Shown: positions 28,227 through 39,300, numbered from the stretch's first letter. The stretch: 64,000 nt of DNA from an uncultured Candidatus Saccharimonas sp. (GCA_963526625.1 CAURNF010000002.1:35493-99492), one strand, 5' to 3'. The notes: generated from the letters alone by a model not told the origin. Translations and numbers: made by a program.

Positions 28227-29327
28227 ATGCTAAAGATTATCGAAATTACTGATAAAAAAGAATGGAATGATTTTATTAACGAGCACGGCGGTCACCCTTT
28301 GCAACTTTGGGGTTGGGGTGAGTTAAAATCGCAATCAGCAAATTGGCAAGTTGTGCGAGTTTTTCTGAAGAATGGCGAAGAAAAATACATCGATCGCAAG
28401 AAAAAAGATCATTCTGATATTGTTGCGGCGGCGCAAATTCTGGTTCGAAAACTCCCTTTTCCACTTCGTAATTTTGCTTATATTCCGCGCGGTGCTTTGG
28501 TGATTTCGAAAAAGCCAATTGAGCGAGCCCGCATTTCGCGTGAAATTGCTCTTTGGGTTTCGAAGAATATCAAACCAAAGCCAGTTTGTTTAACTATGGA
28601 GCCAGATTGGAACAGTAGTGAATTTGACTTGCGTGATGGCTGGAGAAGTTCAAAAAACACAATTTTAATTCCACGAACTTTAATCCTTGATTTAACGCAA
28701 AATGAAGATGAATTACTCGCCAAAATGAGTAAAAAAACGCGACAATATATTCGAAAAAGTGGTGGAGAAGTGCGAGTTCGGCAACTGTTTTCGAAAGAAG
28801 AAATTGATCGTGCATTAGAAATTTACACAGAAACTGCTAAAAGGGCAGGGTTCGCGATTCATTCGAAAGATTATTATCACGAACTTTATAAAAAAATGGG
28901 TGAAAATTCACCAATTTTTGGAGCTTTTATTGAAAAAGAGCAGGGCAAGTTTATAGAAAAAAATAAAAATACTGAAGATTATATAGCAGAAAAGCTTAAA
29001 AATCAAGAAATGGTGGCATTTTTGTGGTTTGCTCAAAGTGACGGCGTGGCATTTGAACTTTATGGTGGAGTAACTGAGGCGGGGCAAAAATCGCGGGCAA
29101 ATTATGTTTTGAAATGGATTGCGATTATTGAAATGAAAAATCGCGGAGTTAAGCGATATGATTTTAATGGCCTTTTGAACGACGGGATTTCTAAATTTAA
29201 AGCTGGTTTTGCGAACCATGAAGATTTATTGGTTGGCACACTGGATTTTCCGATTTCGAAAATATATTTCATCTGGAACTCATTTTTACCAACTGCTAAA
29301 AAAATTGTTCGAAAATTCAAAAGATAG
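28227..29327 (+). CDS. FemABX-family peptidoglycan bridge aminoacyltransferase
   Basis: HPLQLWGWGELK, YIPRG, TLILDL..LLAKMSKKTRQYIRK, YDFNG, FKAGF. Confidence 0.88.
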   Translation: MLKIIEITDKKEWNDFINEHGGHPLQLWGWGELKSQSANWQVVRVFLKNGEEKYIDRKKKDHSDIVAAAQILVRKLPFPLRNFAYIPRGALVISKKPIERARISREIALWVSKNIKPKPVCLTMEPDWNSSEFDLRDGWRSSKNTILIPRTLILDLTQNEDELLAKMSKKTRQYIRKSGGEVRVRQLFSKEEIDRALEIYTETAKRAGFAIHSKDYYHELYKKMGENSPIFGAFIEKEQGKFIEKNKNTEDYIAEKLKNQEMVAFLWFAQSDGVAFELYGGVTEAGQKSRANYVLKWIAIIEMKNRGVKRYDFNGLLNDGISKFKAGFANHEDLLVGTLDFPISKIYFIWNSFLPTAKKIVRKFKR

Positions 29328-29446
29328 GGAAGTGAGAATATAAAAATTCGCTCAAATCGGGCAAATTTTATGTTTTTGAAAATGAAAAAGCCAATAGAAA
29401 TTTTCGAAAATTGACCAAACTTCTAAAAAGTAGTAAAATAGTAGTT

Positions 29447-30535
29447 ATGAAAATCTTAGGAATTGAAAGCACTTGTGATGAAACTGCGGCGGCCGTAGTG
29501 GAGTTTGATGCGAGTAAAATTTCGCGTGAAAGCTCGCCAAAGTTGAAACTGCTTTCAAGCGTAGTTCATTCGCAAATTGATATTCATGCGCAATTTGGCG
29601 GGGTAATTCCAGAGGTGGCGGCGCGTTCACATATTGAATATGCTAACCCTGTTGTGCGAGAAGCACTTTCGAAAGCAAGGATTTCCTTTAAAGATTTGGA
29701 CGGAATTGCCGTTTCTTATGCACCTGGTTTGGTGGGTTCGTTGTTAGTTGGCACGCTTACGGCGCGAACTTACGCTCGAATTTTTAATAAACCGTTTTAC
29801 CCGATTCATCATGTTGAAGCTCATGTTTATGCAAATTTTCTAAACGAGGAGCCGCCAGAATTTCCATTTTTAGCATTAGTGGTTTCAGGTGGGCATTCAC
29901 AAATTGTATTATTTAAATCGCACGGAAATTACCAAATTTTAGGAGAAACTCAAGATGACGCAGTCGGTGAAGCTTTCGATAAAGTTGCAAAAATCCTTGG
30001 CTTACCGTATCCTGGTGGTCCTGCAATTTCAAAAGCAGCTTTAAGTGGTGATTCTTCAAAATATAAATTGCCAAAAGCTCGCTTGAAAGGGAAGTATGAT
30101 TTTAGTTTTTCAGGATTAAAAACAGCAGTTTTGCGTGCAGTTCAAAAAGAGGTTGGTGTTGATTTTAACTTTCCATCTTTCGAATTGGCGGCAAAATTAA
30201 ACGAACAGCAGAAGAATGATTTTGCTGCGAGTTTTCAAAAAACAGCTGTTGAAACTTTAGTTGATAAGCTTGAGCTTGCGGTTGAAGATTTTTCGCCAAC
30301 AACTGTTGTGATTGCGGGCGGTGTAGCGGCGAATTCAGCTTTAAGAAAGGAATTAATCAAGAGAGTTTCGAAAAAACTGCCAAATCCTCTAATTTTCACT
30401 CCGCCAGAACTTTGCACTGATAATGCCGCAATGGTGGCGACTTTGGGCGCTTTTCAAGCTGTGCTGAGCGAATCGCAAAATCCGCTCAAGCTTGAAGTTA
30501 AACCGTCGCTTTCGATGAGTGACTCAAATTGGTAA
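29447..30535 (+). CDS. tsaD: tRNA N6-adenosine threonylcarbamoyltransferase
   Basis: ILGIESTCDET, GGVIPEVAARSH, HHVEAH, SGGHS, DDAVGEAFDK, CTDNAAM. Confidence 0.96.
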   Translation: MKILGIESTCDETAAAVVEFDASKISRESSPKLKLLSSVVHSQIDIHAQFGGVIPEVAARSHIEYANPVVREALSKARISFKDLDGIAVSYAPGLVGSLLVGTLTARTYARIFNKPFYPIHHVEAHVYANFLNEEPPEFPFLALVVSGGHSQIVLFKSHGNYQILGETQDDAVGEAFDKVAKILGLPYPGGPAISKAALSGDSSKYKLPKARLKGKYDFSFSGLKTAVLRAVQKEVGVDFNFPSFELAAKLNEQQKNDFAASFQKTAVETLVDKLELAVEDFSPTTVVIAGGVAANSALRKELIKRVSKKLPNPLIFTPPELCTDNAAMVATLGAFQAVLSESQNPLKLEVKPSLSMSDSNW

Positions 30536-30607
30536 ATAATTTTCAAAAAATGTTAGAAATAAAATAACCCGCAAATTTCTGCGGGTTTTGTTTTTTTGAT
30601 GACCTTT

Positions 30608-30950
30608 CTAAAGAAATACACGAATACCCTTGAATCGATGTTTGGTCACAGCGACTGGTTTATTAGGGTCGACACCCTCATAACAACCCGTACCCATGTG
30701 GGTATCGATATAGGGAAATTTAGTTGCCGTATATGTGTCATAAGCCTTTTCGAAATTGATTCCTTCCTGGGTTAGAAAATAACGCACAAATTGGGTTTTG
30801 CAATCATTCTCATTGTCAAGGTAGATGAGCACGCTTGATCTTACCATCCTTGGCGGCCTCGACAAGGATGCCTTCAACTTGCTTGGCAATATTTTCATAG
30901 GTTAAAGCAGCTTCTTTTTCTGCAGCCAATCGTTCTTTTAAAGATGTCAT
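30608..30950 (-). pseudogene. Orphan gene split by a single frameshift near 30843
   Basis: SD GGAGG plus ATG 30950 gives MTSLKERLAAEKEAALTYENIAKQVEGILVEAAKDG, then a stop at 30816-30818. Removing one A joins it to RSSVLIYLDNENDC...GIRVFL* (30608). Confidence 0.6.
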
Positions 30951-30958
30951 AACTAAGT

Positions 30959-31027
30959 CCTCCAAATGTTCTATTTTACCAAAAGGTAAATCTTTTAAAT
31001 TATAGCATTTTTAAGTAGAATTGTCAA
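30959..31027 (-). promoter_or_regulatory. Consensus promoter, hairpin and boxA-like GAACATTT
   Basis: TTGACA(31027-31022)-17 nt-TGcTATAAT(31004-30999); TTTACC-TTTT-GGTAAA 30990-30975; GAACATTT 30971-30964; SD GGAGG. Confidence 0.65.
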
Positions 31028-31089
31028 GTTTTTGAAAAAGAAAAACAAAAAATCGCCCGAGATAGAGCGATTTTCGAAAAAGTATCAAA

Positions 31090-31344
31090 TTAAGCAAGTT
31101 TTACGCCAGCTTTTTTTGCAGCAGCGGCAAGAGAAGCTTTTCGGCGAGCAGCTGTATTTTTCTTGATAAGACCTTTTTTAACAGCCTTGTCAAGTTCACT
31201 TTGTGCTTTCGAAAGGCTTTTTGCGCTTGGTTCAGCAACAAAAGCTTTAACTGCACCTTTGATATCTTTTTTAATTCCAACGTTGCGTTCGCGTCGTTTT
31301 GCGGTTTGTCGCATTCGCTTTACAGCAGATTTAATAATTGGCAT
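31090..31344 (-). CDS. rpsT: 30S ribosomal protein S20
   Basis: MPIIKSAVKRMRQ..RRERN, LDKAVKKGLIKKNTAARRK. Confidence 0.96.
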   Translation of the reverse strand: MPIIKSAVKRMRQTAKRRERNVGIKKDIKGAVKAFVAEPSAKSLSKAQSELDKAVKKGLIKKNTAARRKASLAAAAKKAGVKLA

Positions 31345-31500
31345 TTAATTCCTTCTTTTAGGTTGTTATTTACAATTCAACATCAATTATATATTATTTC
31401 GAAATAAAAAGCAAGTATTTCAAATAAACTGTTGACATTTTATTGCGATTATGCTAATATAGAGCTATAAATTATAAAAATAAATAATAGGATTCAATAA

Positions 31501-33714
31501 ATGTCAAAAAATAATGCTCAAGAGCAGATTATCGCAAAATTGAAAGAATCAGAAAGCATTTTAATTGCGGTAAATGATAGCCCAAGTGTTGATGAACTTT
31601 CTTCAGCATTGGCTTTAACGCTCGCAATTAATAATTCTGGCAAGCATGCAACGGCGGTTTCAAGCGGAAAAATGCCCGACGCGCTAGCTTTTTTGCGCCC
31701 AGAAAAAACTTTCGAAAATTCGGTAGATTCTTTGCGCGATTTTATTATTGCTTTAAATAAAGAAAAAGCTGATCATCTTCGTTATAAGCTTGTTGGTGAT
31801 CATGTGAAAATTTTTATTACGCCATATCGCTCAATTATTTCTGAAAAAGACCTCGAATTTGAACAGGGTGATTTTAACATTGACTTTGTGCTAGCTTTAA
31901 ATGTTGAAAGTCAAGATCGCCTTGATGGCGCTTTGGCAGCGCACGGGCGAATTTTTCATGATGCTTCAGTTGGAATTTTAACTGTTGGTGAAAACCAAAC
32001 GAATCTTAACGGAACTCACTGGCATGCCGAAAGCGCCAGTTCTTTGAGCGAAATTTCTGTTCAAATTATTGAATCCCTTGGAAAGAAAAATCTTACTCAA
32101 CCAGTCGCAACTGCTCTTTTGACTGGAATTGTTGCTGAAACTGATCGCTTTTCGAATGCAAAAGCTACAGCTGAAGTTATGAGCCTTGCGGCAAAACTTA
32201 TTTCATCTGGCGCTGACCAGCAACTTGTAGTTTCAAAAATCCGTGAAGCTGAAGAAAAAGCGGGCGAATTTGCTGTGCAAAAAAATGCTAAAATGGAAGA
32301 AGCTTTAGAAGAAATTTCGAATGAAAAAGAAAAATCGAGTGAAAAATCTTCTTCAAAGAAAGAGCAAAAGCGTAACGGTGCATTTGTGATTGCGCATGAA
32401 GAAACCAAAAATGAAGCAGAAAAAACTAATCTTGAAAATTCACAAAATCAAGCCGAAGACGAACTTGAAGAATCTTTAAATAAACTAAAAAATATTAATA
32501 AAACAGAAAATGCTTTTGCTGAACTTGAAGAAGTTGAAGCTCCTGAGCAAAACCAAGAACTTGCGCAAGAAAATTCGAACGAAGATATTTTCGAAAATCC
32601 AAGTGAAAATCTTGAAAATGAACAAGTTCAAAATGAAAATTTAGTTGAAGAAAATTCGGCACAAAATATATCGGAAAGCCAAGAAACTCCGGCTGAACAA
32701 AATATTTCAATCCCAACTCCTGAAAACACTCAGCCACAAACTTTCGAAACTATTGAACCTCAAATTGCTCAACCAGAAGTTGCGCCAGCTTTCGAACAAC
32801 AAAATCCAGCTGAAACTCCTGCCTCTTCAGAATTTAATCAGCCTGAAAATACGCAAGGTTTGGTTGAAGCGCCAGTTCAAAATTATGCGCCAGAAATTCC
32901 AGCACCAAGCGTGCCTTTTGAAAATCCAAATGCATTTATTGCGGAAACTCCAGTTCAGGAGCAAGTTTTTGAGCCAGCTCGCCAAGTTGATATTTCAATC
33001 CCAGCTCCTGAAAACACTCAACCACAAACTTTCGAAACTATTGAACCTCAAATTGCTCAACCAGAAGTTGCGCCAGTTTTCGAACAACAAAATTCAGCTG
33101 AAACTTCTGCTACTCAAGAGATTCAAACTCAAAATATTCAGCCAGTGAAAAATCAGGGCGATGAATATTATCACCCAACCGAAAATGCTCAAATTGCAAG
33201 TGGTTTGATGGGTGCTCAGCCTTATGAGCCAAGTGGAATTTCTCGTGAAGAAAACTCTGTAGCAACTTCAAATCCACAAAATAATGATTATGTTTTAAGC
33301 CATGGTAAAGTTCAAAATGCGGTTTATGAAGAGTCGCAGGCGAATGAGAATTTTATTCCCGAAACTCAGCCTTACGCTCAAGCTACACCAATCCAGCCGC
33401 TTTCAAATTTTGAATCAAGTAATCCGATTTCGAATGAACAATATGCGCAGACTTTACCGCAAAATAATTTTGAGAATCAGCAAACTTACTCGACTGAAAA
33501 TCCTGCGCAAAATTCGAATGATTTTGCAATGCCAATACCACCAGCTATGCCAGATTTTAGCTCAATGCCAATGCCGCCAGAAGTTCCAGCTTTTGATTTT
33601 ATTCCAAATCCAGCGGAGCAACCTGCAATGGGCACTGAAAGTAGCAAAAATAAAGTGATGACCGACCAAATTTACCCTAATGATCCTTCACAATTCAGAA
33701 TTCCAGGAATGTAA
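31501..33714 (+). CDS. DHH-fold (NrnA-like, degenerate) N-terminal domain fused to a long acidic Pro/Gln-rich tail
   Basis: ILIAV..SPSVDELSSALAL and ATALLTGIVAETDRFSN..T echo DHH family motifs. About 480 aa of low-complexity tail. Confidence 0.7.
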   Translation: MSKNNAQEQIIAKLKESESILIAVNDSPSVDELSSALALTLAINNSGKHATAVSSGKMPDALAFLRPEKTFENSVDSLRDFIIALNKEKADHLRYKLVGDHVKIFITPYRSIISEKDLEFEQGDFNIDFVLALNVESQDRLDGALAAHGRIFHDASVGILTVGENQTNLNGTHWHAESASSLSEISVQIIESLGKKNLTQPVATALLTGIVAETDRFSNAKATAEVMSLAAKLISSGADQQLVVSKIREAEEKAGEFAVQKNAKMEEALEEISNEKEKSSEKSSSKKEQKRNGAFVIAHEETKNEAEKTNLENSQNQAEDELEESLNKLKNINKTENAFAELEEVEAPEQNQELAQENSNEDIFENPSENLENEQVQNENLVEENSAQNISESQETPAEQNISIPTPENTQPQTFETIEPQIAQPEVAPAFEQQNPAETPASSEFNQPENTQGLVEAPVQNYAPEIPAPSVPFENPNAFIAETPVQEQVFEPARQVDISIPAPENTQPQTFETIEPQIAQPEVAPVFEQQNSAETSATQEIQTQNIQPVKNQGDEYYHPTENAQIASGLMGAQPYEPSGISREENSVATSNPQNNDYVLSHGKVQNAVYEESQANENFIPETQPYAQATPIQPLSNFESSNPISNEQYAQTLPQNNFENQQTYSTENPAQNSNDFAMPIPPAMPDFSSMPMPPEVPAFDFIPNPAEQPAMGTESSKNKVMTDQIYPNDPSQFRIPGM
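32702..33110 (+). repeat. In-frame direct repeat of about 121 bp (32702-32822 and 32990-33110)
   Basis: Both copies encode ISIPxPENTQPQTFETIEPQIAQPEVAPxFEQQNxAETxA. Offset 288 bp, few mismatches. Confidence 0.93.
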
Positions 33715-33715
33715 A

Positions 33716-34396
33716 ATGGTATTTTTCGAAAATGAAAGTGGGCGAATCTTAATTGATAAGCCCGCTGGAATTACCAGCTTTGGCGTGGTTGCTAGAATCC
33801 GCCGCGTTCTTAAAGATGAATTTGGTAAAAAAGTTAAGGTTGGCCACACTGGCACGCTCGATCCTTTTGCGACTGGGCTTTTAGTTTTGCTTTACGGCAA
33901 GGAAACTAAAAATGCAATGAGCCTTACCAAGTTTGATAAAGTTTACGAGGCGGAATTTACGCTTGGGCAAATTTCCAGCACAGGCGATCCTGAAGGCGAG
34001 ATTTCGAAATGTGAGAATTTTGAAATTCCAACTTTTGAACAGATTGAAAAAGAAATTAAAACTAACTTTTTAGGCAAAATTGAACAAACTCCACCAGCTT
34101 TTAGTGCAATCAAAATTGACGGTAAGCGTGCTTATGATTTGGCGCGAAAGGGTGAGGATTTTGAAATTCCTAAACGCACGGTTGAAATTTTTAACTTCGA
34201 AATTTTAAGTTATGATTTTCCAAAACTAAAAGTTCGCACACATGTTTCAAGTGGAACTTACATTCGTTCGCTGGCAGAAGATTTAGGTAAGAATTTGGGT
34301 TGTGGTGCGTTTTGTTCGCAACTTCGGCGCACAAAAATTGCTGATTTCAACATTTCGAAAGCTAAAAAGCTTGAAGATTTTGGAATTTTAGATTAG
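33716..34396 (+). CDS. truB: tRNA pseudouridine(55) synthase
   Basis: IDKPAGITSF, KVGHTGTLDPFATG, QTPPAFSAIKIDGKRAY, SSGTYIRSL. Confidence 0.96.
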   Translation: MVFFENESGRILIDKPAGITSFGVVARIRRVLKDEFGKKVKVGHTGTLDPFATGLLVLLYGKETKNAMSLTKFDKVYEAEFTLGQISSTGDPEGEISKCENFEIPTFEQIEKEIKTNFLGKIEQTPPAFSAIKIDGKRAYDLARKGEDFEIPKRTVEIFNFEILSYDFPKLKVRTHVSSGTYIRSLAEDLGKNLGCGAFCSQLRRTKIADFNISKAKKLEDFGILD

Positions 34397-34437
34397 TTTT
34401 TTTGCTTATCCTACCAAAAAATGATATAATTTAAATA

Positions 34438-34986
34438 ATGAAAAACGCAAAAATTCTTTGGATTGATTTAGAAATGACTGGTCTTGAACCTGAACAAGAC
34501 CGAATTTTAGAAGTTGCCGCGATTGCAACAGATTGGGATTTTAATGAAATTGCCACTTTCGAAAGTGCCGTAAAAGTTGAAAATGAAATTCTTGAAAGCC
34601 GAATGGTTGGTGATTTTTGGGATACTTTTAGCGAAACGCGTGATGCTTTAAAATTGCAAAATTCTTGCGCTACAAAAAATTCACAAGAAGTGGAAGCGGA
34701 TTTAATTAAATTTATAGAAGAAAATTTTGCCGAAGAAATTTCGAAAGGAGAGAAAATTCTTTTGGGCGGAAATTCAATTCACCAAGATCGCCGGTTTATT
34801 CGTGCGGAATGGAAAAAACTTGAAAAAATATTGCATTATCGAATGCTAGATGTTTCGGCGTGGAAAGTTGTGATGAGCGCCAAATTTAAACGTGTTTTTG
34901 CTAAGCCCGAAAATCACCGTGCGTTAGATGATATTCGTGGCTCGATTGAAGAATTAAAATTTTATTTAAAAAAGGTGAAAAAGTAA
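34438..34986 (+). CDS. orn: Oligoribonuclease
   Basis: WIDLEMTGL, GNSIHQDRRF, HYRMLDVS, HRALDDIRGSIEEL. Confidence 0.94.
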   Translation: MKNAKILWIDLEMTGLEPEQDRILEVAAIATDWDFNEIATFESAVKVENEILESRMVGDFWDTFSETRDALKLQNSCATKNSQEVEADLIKFIEENFAEEISKGEKILLGGNSIHQDRRFIRAEWKKLEKILHYRMLDVSAWKVVMSAKFKRVFAKPENHRALDDIRGSIEELKFYLKKVKK

Positions 34987-35411
34987 TGGATCAAAGTGAA
35001 ATTAAAGATTTTTTGCTGAATTTTGACGCAGCGGAAGTTCGGAAAGATGAAGAAAATAAACTTGAAATTTTCGAAGTTAATTTTGATAAATTAGAAAAAA
35101 TTTGGCAAGAAAAAATGGCTGGCGATCTTGGCGATTTTGAACGTGAAACTGGTGAAAAGATTCTTTTGAAAATTACAGAAGGTGAAGAGCCAAAAGCAAT
35201 TTTTGCAATCATTCACGATGGCTCAAAACCTTTAAAAGTTGAAATGAAAACAGGCGCACAGCTTGCTCGAATTTTGCGTGAAAAGGAGAGTGTCGTTCCT
35301 TCAAAATTAATGAGCGAGTGTGAGTGGAATTTAATTATTGGCCAAGGACAAGTTTCGGCCGAAGAATTGCGAGATTTGTTTCGCCTGAGCTATCGCTTAG
35401 TTTGTGAGTAA
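34986..35411 (+). CDS. MmcQ/YjbR-like protein
   Basis: FAII...KVEMK...LRE..ESVVPS.LM...WN.I.......ELRDLFRLSYRLV pattern. Confidence 0.55.
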   Translation: MDQSEIKDFLLNFDAAEVRKDEENKLEIFEVNFDKLEKIWQEKMAGDLGDFERETGEKILLKITEGEEPKAIFAIIHDGSKPLKVEMKTGAQLARILREKESVVPSKLMSECEWNLIIGQGQVSAEELRDLFRLSYRLVCE

Positions 35412-35510
35412 ATATATTTTGTAGTTTATCTTTTAAATAGAAGATAACCTTGCAAAAAGCGGGTCTTTTCTTTGCGAAAAAAACTTTTTTGTGATATAAT
35501 CATAAGTAAT

Positions 35511-36479
35511 ATGAAACCGAATGAAGATTGGAATCAGGTCGGCCAAAATCAAAATTTTGGTTTACCAAATAATTATCCTCAAAATCCTTATCCACCACAA
35601 CAAAATTACGGTGGTTTTTCGAATAACTTTGCTCAAAATGGTCAATTCCAAAGTAATCAATTCCCAAATGAACAATTTTCGAATGGACAAAATCCACAGC
35701 AACAATTTGGCAGCCAGAATCAAAATTTTGGCGCACAACAGAATTTTCCGCAATATCCAAATAATTACCAAAATCAACAACAATTTCCAGCTCCGCCGAA
35801 TCAAACTGTTCAAAATCTGCAAGCTGCTCCAAATTTAATGCCAGATCAAAATTATTCGCAAGATACTACAACTAAGAACCCTTACACAGTTGAGTATCTC
35901 AATAAGATTGCACCTAAAAAAGCCGCTCCGTTTTGGACTAAGGGCAAAATTTTAGGTGCTTCAGTGTTATTGATCTCGTTATTTTTCTCAATTTTTATTA
36001 TTGTAACTAGCAATAAAGGCGACGATAATACTCAGGCAGTAGTTCGTGCTTATTATAATATTTCGAAATTAAAGGAAACTGCAAAATCTTTTCAAAATAA
36101 GATTAAAAGTTCAGACTTAGCGGCTGTGAACGCAGGAATTAACACTTCACTTACTTCGAATGAACAGGATTTGAAAGAATTTATGAAGAGCCGAAAGATC
36201 GAAGTTCCTCGTGGAGATTCAAAAAAGAATTCGCAAGCGATAAAACAAACTGATGCAATTTTTGATAAGTTTATTGCGACGCTCGATGACGCTTTCTTGA
36301 ACGCTACGATTGATGAAGTTTATTCCCGTGAAATGGCATATCAGTTAATTCGTGTAAAAGATTTAATTACACGACGTAAAAAAGCTTCGCCTTCTTCGCA
36401 AAGATCAGTGTATGAAAAAATTGAAAAAAATCTTGCAGAATCTTCAAAACAGCTTGAAAATTACCACAAAGCAAAATAA
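35511..36479 (+). CDS. Hypothetical membrane protein with Gln/Asn/Pro-rich N-terminus
   Basis: Low-complexity QN region, EYLNKIAP motif, single TM, helical C-terminal domain. Confidence 0.75.
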   Translation: MKPNEDWNQVGQNQNFGLPNNYPQNPYPPQQNYGGFSNNFAQNGQFQSNQFPNEQFSNGQNPQQQFGSQNQNFGAQQNFPQYPNNYQNQQQFPAPPNQTVQNLQAAPNLMPDQNYSQDTTTKNPYTVEYLNKIAPKKAAPFWTKGKILGASVLLISLFFSIFIIVTSNKGDDNTQAVVRAYYNISKLKETAKSFQNKIKSSDLAAVNAGINTSLTSNEQDLKEFMKSRKIEVPRGDSKKNSQAIKQTDAIFDKFIATLDDAFLNATIDEVYSREMAYQLIRVKDLITRRKKASPSSQRSVYEKIEKNLAESSKQLENYHKAK

Positions 36480-36542
36480 TTTCCTGAAACGCAGCCCAAT
36501 TTTTTAATTGATGAGGGCTGCTTTTTATGTTAAAATATAGAC

Positions 36543-38279
36543 ATGAATGATGCCAGAGACGAAATTAAAGCAAGAATAAGCATTGAAGATTTGGCTGGCG
36601 AATATCTTGAGCTCAAGCGAACTGGGCGTAATTTTAAAGCACTTAGCCCCTGGACAAATGAGCGAACTCCAAGTTTTATAATTAGCCCCGATAAACAAAT
36701 TTGGCACGATTTTTCATCTGGAAAAGGCGGTGACATCTTTGGTTTTATTATGGAAGTTGAAGGAATGAATTTCCGCGAGGCCTTAGAATTTCTGGCGCGA
36801 AAAGCTGGCGTTGAAATTGAAACTTTTGATTCGAAGCGTTCAAGAGAAATTTCTGAAAAAAAAGAACGACTTCGAAAAATTTTGCAAATTAGTGCAAATT
36901 TTTATCAGCATATGTTGGTTCGTAATAAAGAAGCTTTGAATTATGTTTTTAAAAATCGCAAACTTTCGAAAGAAATTGTGCAAGAGTTCAAAATTGGTTT
37001 TGCTCCAAATACTCAAAAAATGCTCACGAATTTTTTGCTAAAAAAAGGTTTTGCGATGAGCGATATTCGTGATGCTGGGTTGTTAAACCGATTTGGCGGC
37101 GATATTTTTCGAAATCGAATGGTGATTGCTTTGCAGGATTCGGGTGGGTCGCCAGTTGGTTTTACCGGCCGAATTATTAAAGATGAGCCAAATGCGCCAA
37201 AATATTTAAACACACCTCAAACTTTGCTTTATGATAAATCTTCAAACATTTTTGGACTTTCTCAAGCAAAAAATGAAATTCGAAAAGCTGGTTTTGTGGT
37301 TGTGGTTGAAGGAAATATGGATGTAATTTCGAGCCATCAAGCTGGTGTGAAAAATGTGGTTGCAACAGCTGGTACGGCAATGACAGTTCATCATTTGAAG
37401 GCTCTTGGTAGGTTTTCAAATGATGTTCGCCTTTGCTTCGATAGTGATCAGGCTGGAATTAGCGCTACCGAGCGAGCGATTTCATTGGGCCAGCAAGCTG
37501 GCGTGGAACTTTCGATTATTACCTTAAACCAATCGGCGGGTGAAGCTAAAGACCCAGATGAATTAATTCAAAAAGATTTGGAACTTTGGAAGGATTCAAT
37601 TTCGAAACCACAACCAGCGATAGAATGGATTTTTGACCAATATGAAAAACGGCTAAATATTGCAACCGCCGTAGGGAAAAAGGAGTTTTCCACAATAGCA
37701 CTAAAACTTGTGGAAAACTTAAATGACCCTGTGGAAAAAGATTTTTATATTGAACAAATTTCGAAAAGAATTGGCATTTCGAAAACAACATTACTCGGAA
37801 AATTTGACGAAAAGCCCAGGCCGGTTAAGCCGAAAAGGCGAATAAAAATTAAAAAAACTGATGAGAAATTTGTTGATGAATATATTTATGAAGATGATTT
37901 GTTGGCTCTTGCAATTAAAGAACAGAAGCTTGCTGAAATGTTGAGTGAGTTGCAAGATAATATTTTGCATGATAAACAGCGAAATCAAATTCTGCAAATT
38001 TTGAAATCAAATGATCTTGATCTCTTGAAAAACTTCGATGATTATGTTAAAATACTTCTATTAAAGGCTGACGAACGACTCGGGAATATAAAAGGCAGTG
38101 CCACCGACGAAATGAAGCGTTTGATTCATAAAATTAAAACCCAAAATTTACAAGAACGAAAAATAAATCTTCAAGAGCAACTCGAAGAGGCTGAAATTCA
38201 AGGTGATGAAAATTTGAAAATGAAGATTTTGATGGAAATTATGCAATTAAATAAGGAGCTGAATAGTGGTAAAAGGTAA
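36543..38279 (+). CDS. dnaG: DNA primase
   Basis: [40 protein letters not shown]. Confidence 0.96.
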   Translation: MNDARDEIKARISIEDLAGEYLELKRTGRNFKALSPWTNERTPSFIISPDKQIWHDFSSGKGGDIFGFIMEVEGMNFREALEFLARKAGVEIETFDSKRSREISEKKERLRKILQISANFYQHMLVRNKEALNYVFKNRKLSKEIVQEFKIGFAPNTQKMLTNFLLKKGFAMSDIRDAGLLNRFGGDIFRNRMVIALQDSGGSPVGFTGRIIKDEPNAPKYLNTPQTLLYDKSSNIFGLSQAKNEIRKAGFVVVVEGNMDVISSHQAGVKNVVATAGTAMTVHHLKALGRFSNDVRLCFDSDQAGISATERAISLGQQAGVELSIITLNQSAGEAKDPDELIQKDLELWKDSISKPQPAIEWIFDQYEKRLNIATAVGKKEFSTIALKLVENLNDPVEKDFYIEQISKRIGISKTTLLGKFDEKPRPVKPKRRIKIKKTDEKFVDEYIYEDDLLALAIKEQKLAEMLSELQDNILHDKQRNQILQILKSNDLDLLKNFDDYVKILLLKADERLGNIKGSATDEMKRLIHKIKTQNLQERKINLQEQLEEAEIQGDENLKMKILMEIMQLNKELNSGKR

Positions 38280-39279
38280 GAGTAAAAAAGAACTACCAGA
38301 AGAAATTCTAAATGAAGACGGCATTGTGGATGCAACTCTTTCGCTTGATGATTTCGAACCAGATTTTGACGACCTTGCGGTTGAAGATGAAGAAGATATT
38401 ACTGAAGAAGATTTATTGAATGGTGCTTATAACGATGATATAACAGATGATAGCGTTCGAATGTATCTTCGTGAAATTGGTAAGATTCCACTCCTTTCAC
38501 TCGAAAAAGAGACTGAGCTTGCTGAAAAAGCGATGCAGGGCGATCAACGCGCAAAAGATAAAATGGCTGAAGCAAACATGCGTTTGGTTGTTTCAATTGC
38601 GAAAAGATATTCTGGCCGTGGTTTGGAGCTTCTTGACTTAATTCAAGAAGGGAATACGGGGCTTCTTCGTGCGGTTGATAAATTCGATCCAAGTAAAGGT
38701 TTTAAATTCTCAACTTATGCAACTTGGTGGATTCGGCAGGCAATTACACGCGCAATTGCTGACCAAGCTCGGACTATTCGAATTCCTGTTCATATGGTTG
38801 AAACGATTAATAAGCTTATGCGAACTTCTCGCCGATTGACGCAAGAGCTAAATCGTGAGCCAACCAACCAAGAACTCGCTAAAGAAATGGATATGGATGT
38901 TGAAAAAATTGAATATATCCAAAAAATCAAGCAAGATATCACCTCTTTGGACGCTGGAATTGGTCGTGATGGCGAGGAGGGCGAAGAATCAACACTTGGT
39001 GATTTCATCGAAGATGAAGATACTGCCAGCCCAGAAGAATCCGCAACGGTTCAGCTTTTGAAAGAACAAGTTCGTGAAATTCTTTCAACGCTTTCTGATC
39101 GTGAGCGGAAAATTCTTGAAATGCGTTTTGGTTTAAATGGCACAAAAAGTCATACGCTTGAAGAAGTTGGTCTTGAATTTGCGGTAACTCGCGAGCGAAT
39201 TCGCCAGATTGAAGCTAAAGCTTTAATGAAGCTTAAAAAGCATAAAGATTCGAAAAAGCTTCATGAATATTTGGACTAA
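38266..39279 (+). CDS. rpoD: RNA polymerase primary sigma factor
   Basis: [64 protein letters not shown]. Confidence 0.97.
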   Translation: MVKGKSKKELPEEILNEDGIVDATLSLDDFEPDFDDLAVEDEEDITEEDLLNGAYNDDITDDSVRMYLREIGKIPLLSLEKETELAEKAMQGDQRAKDKMAEANMRLVVSIAKRYSGRGLELLDLIQEGNTGLLRAVDKFDPSKGFKFSTYATWWIRQAITRAIADQARTIRIPVHMVETINKLMRTSRRLTQELNREPTNQELAKEMDMDVEKIEYIQKIKQDITSLDAGIGRDGEEGEESTLGDFIEDEDTASPEESATVQLLKEQVREILSTLSDRERKILEMRFGLNGTKSHTLEEVGLEFAVTRERIRQIEAKALMKLKKHKDSKKLHEYLD

Positions 39280-39300
39280 ACGTGGTGGGGAAAGGTTAAG

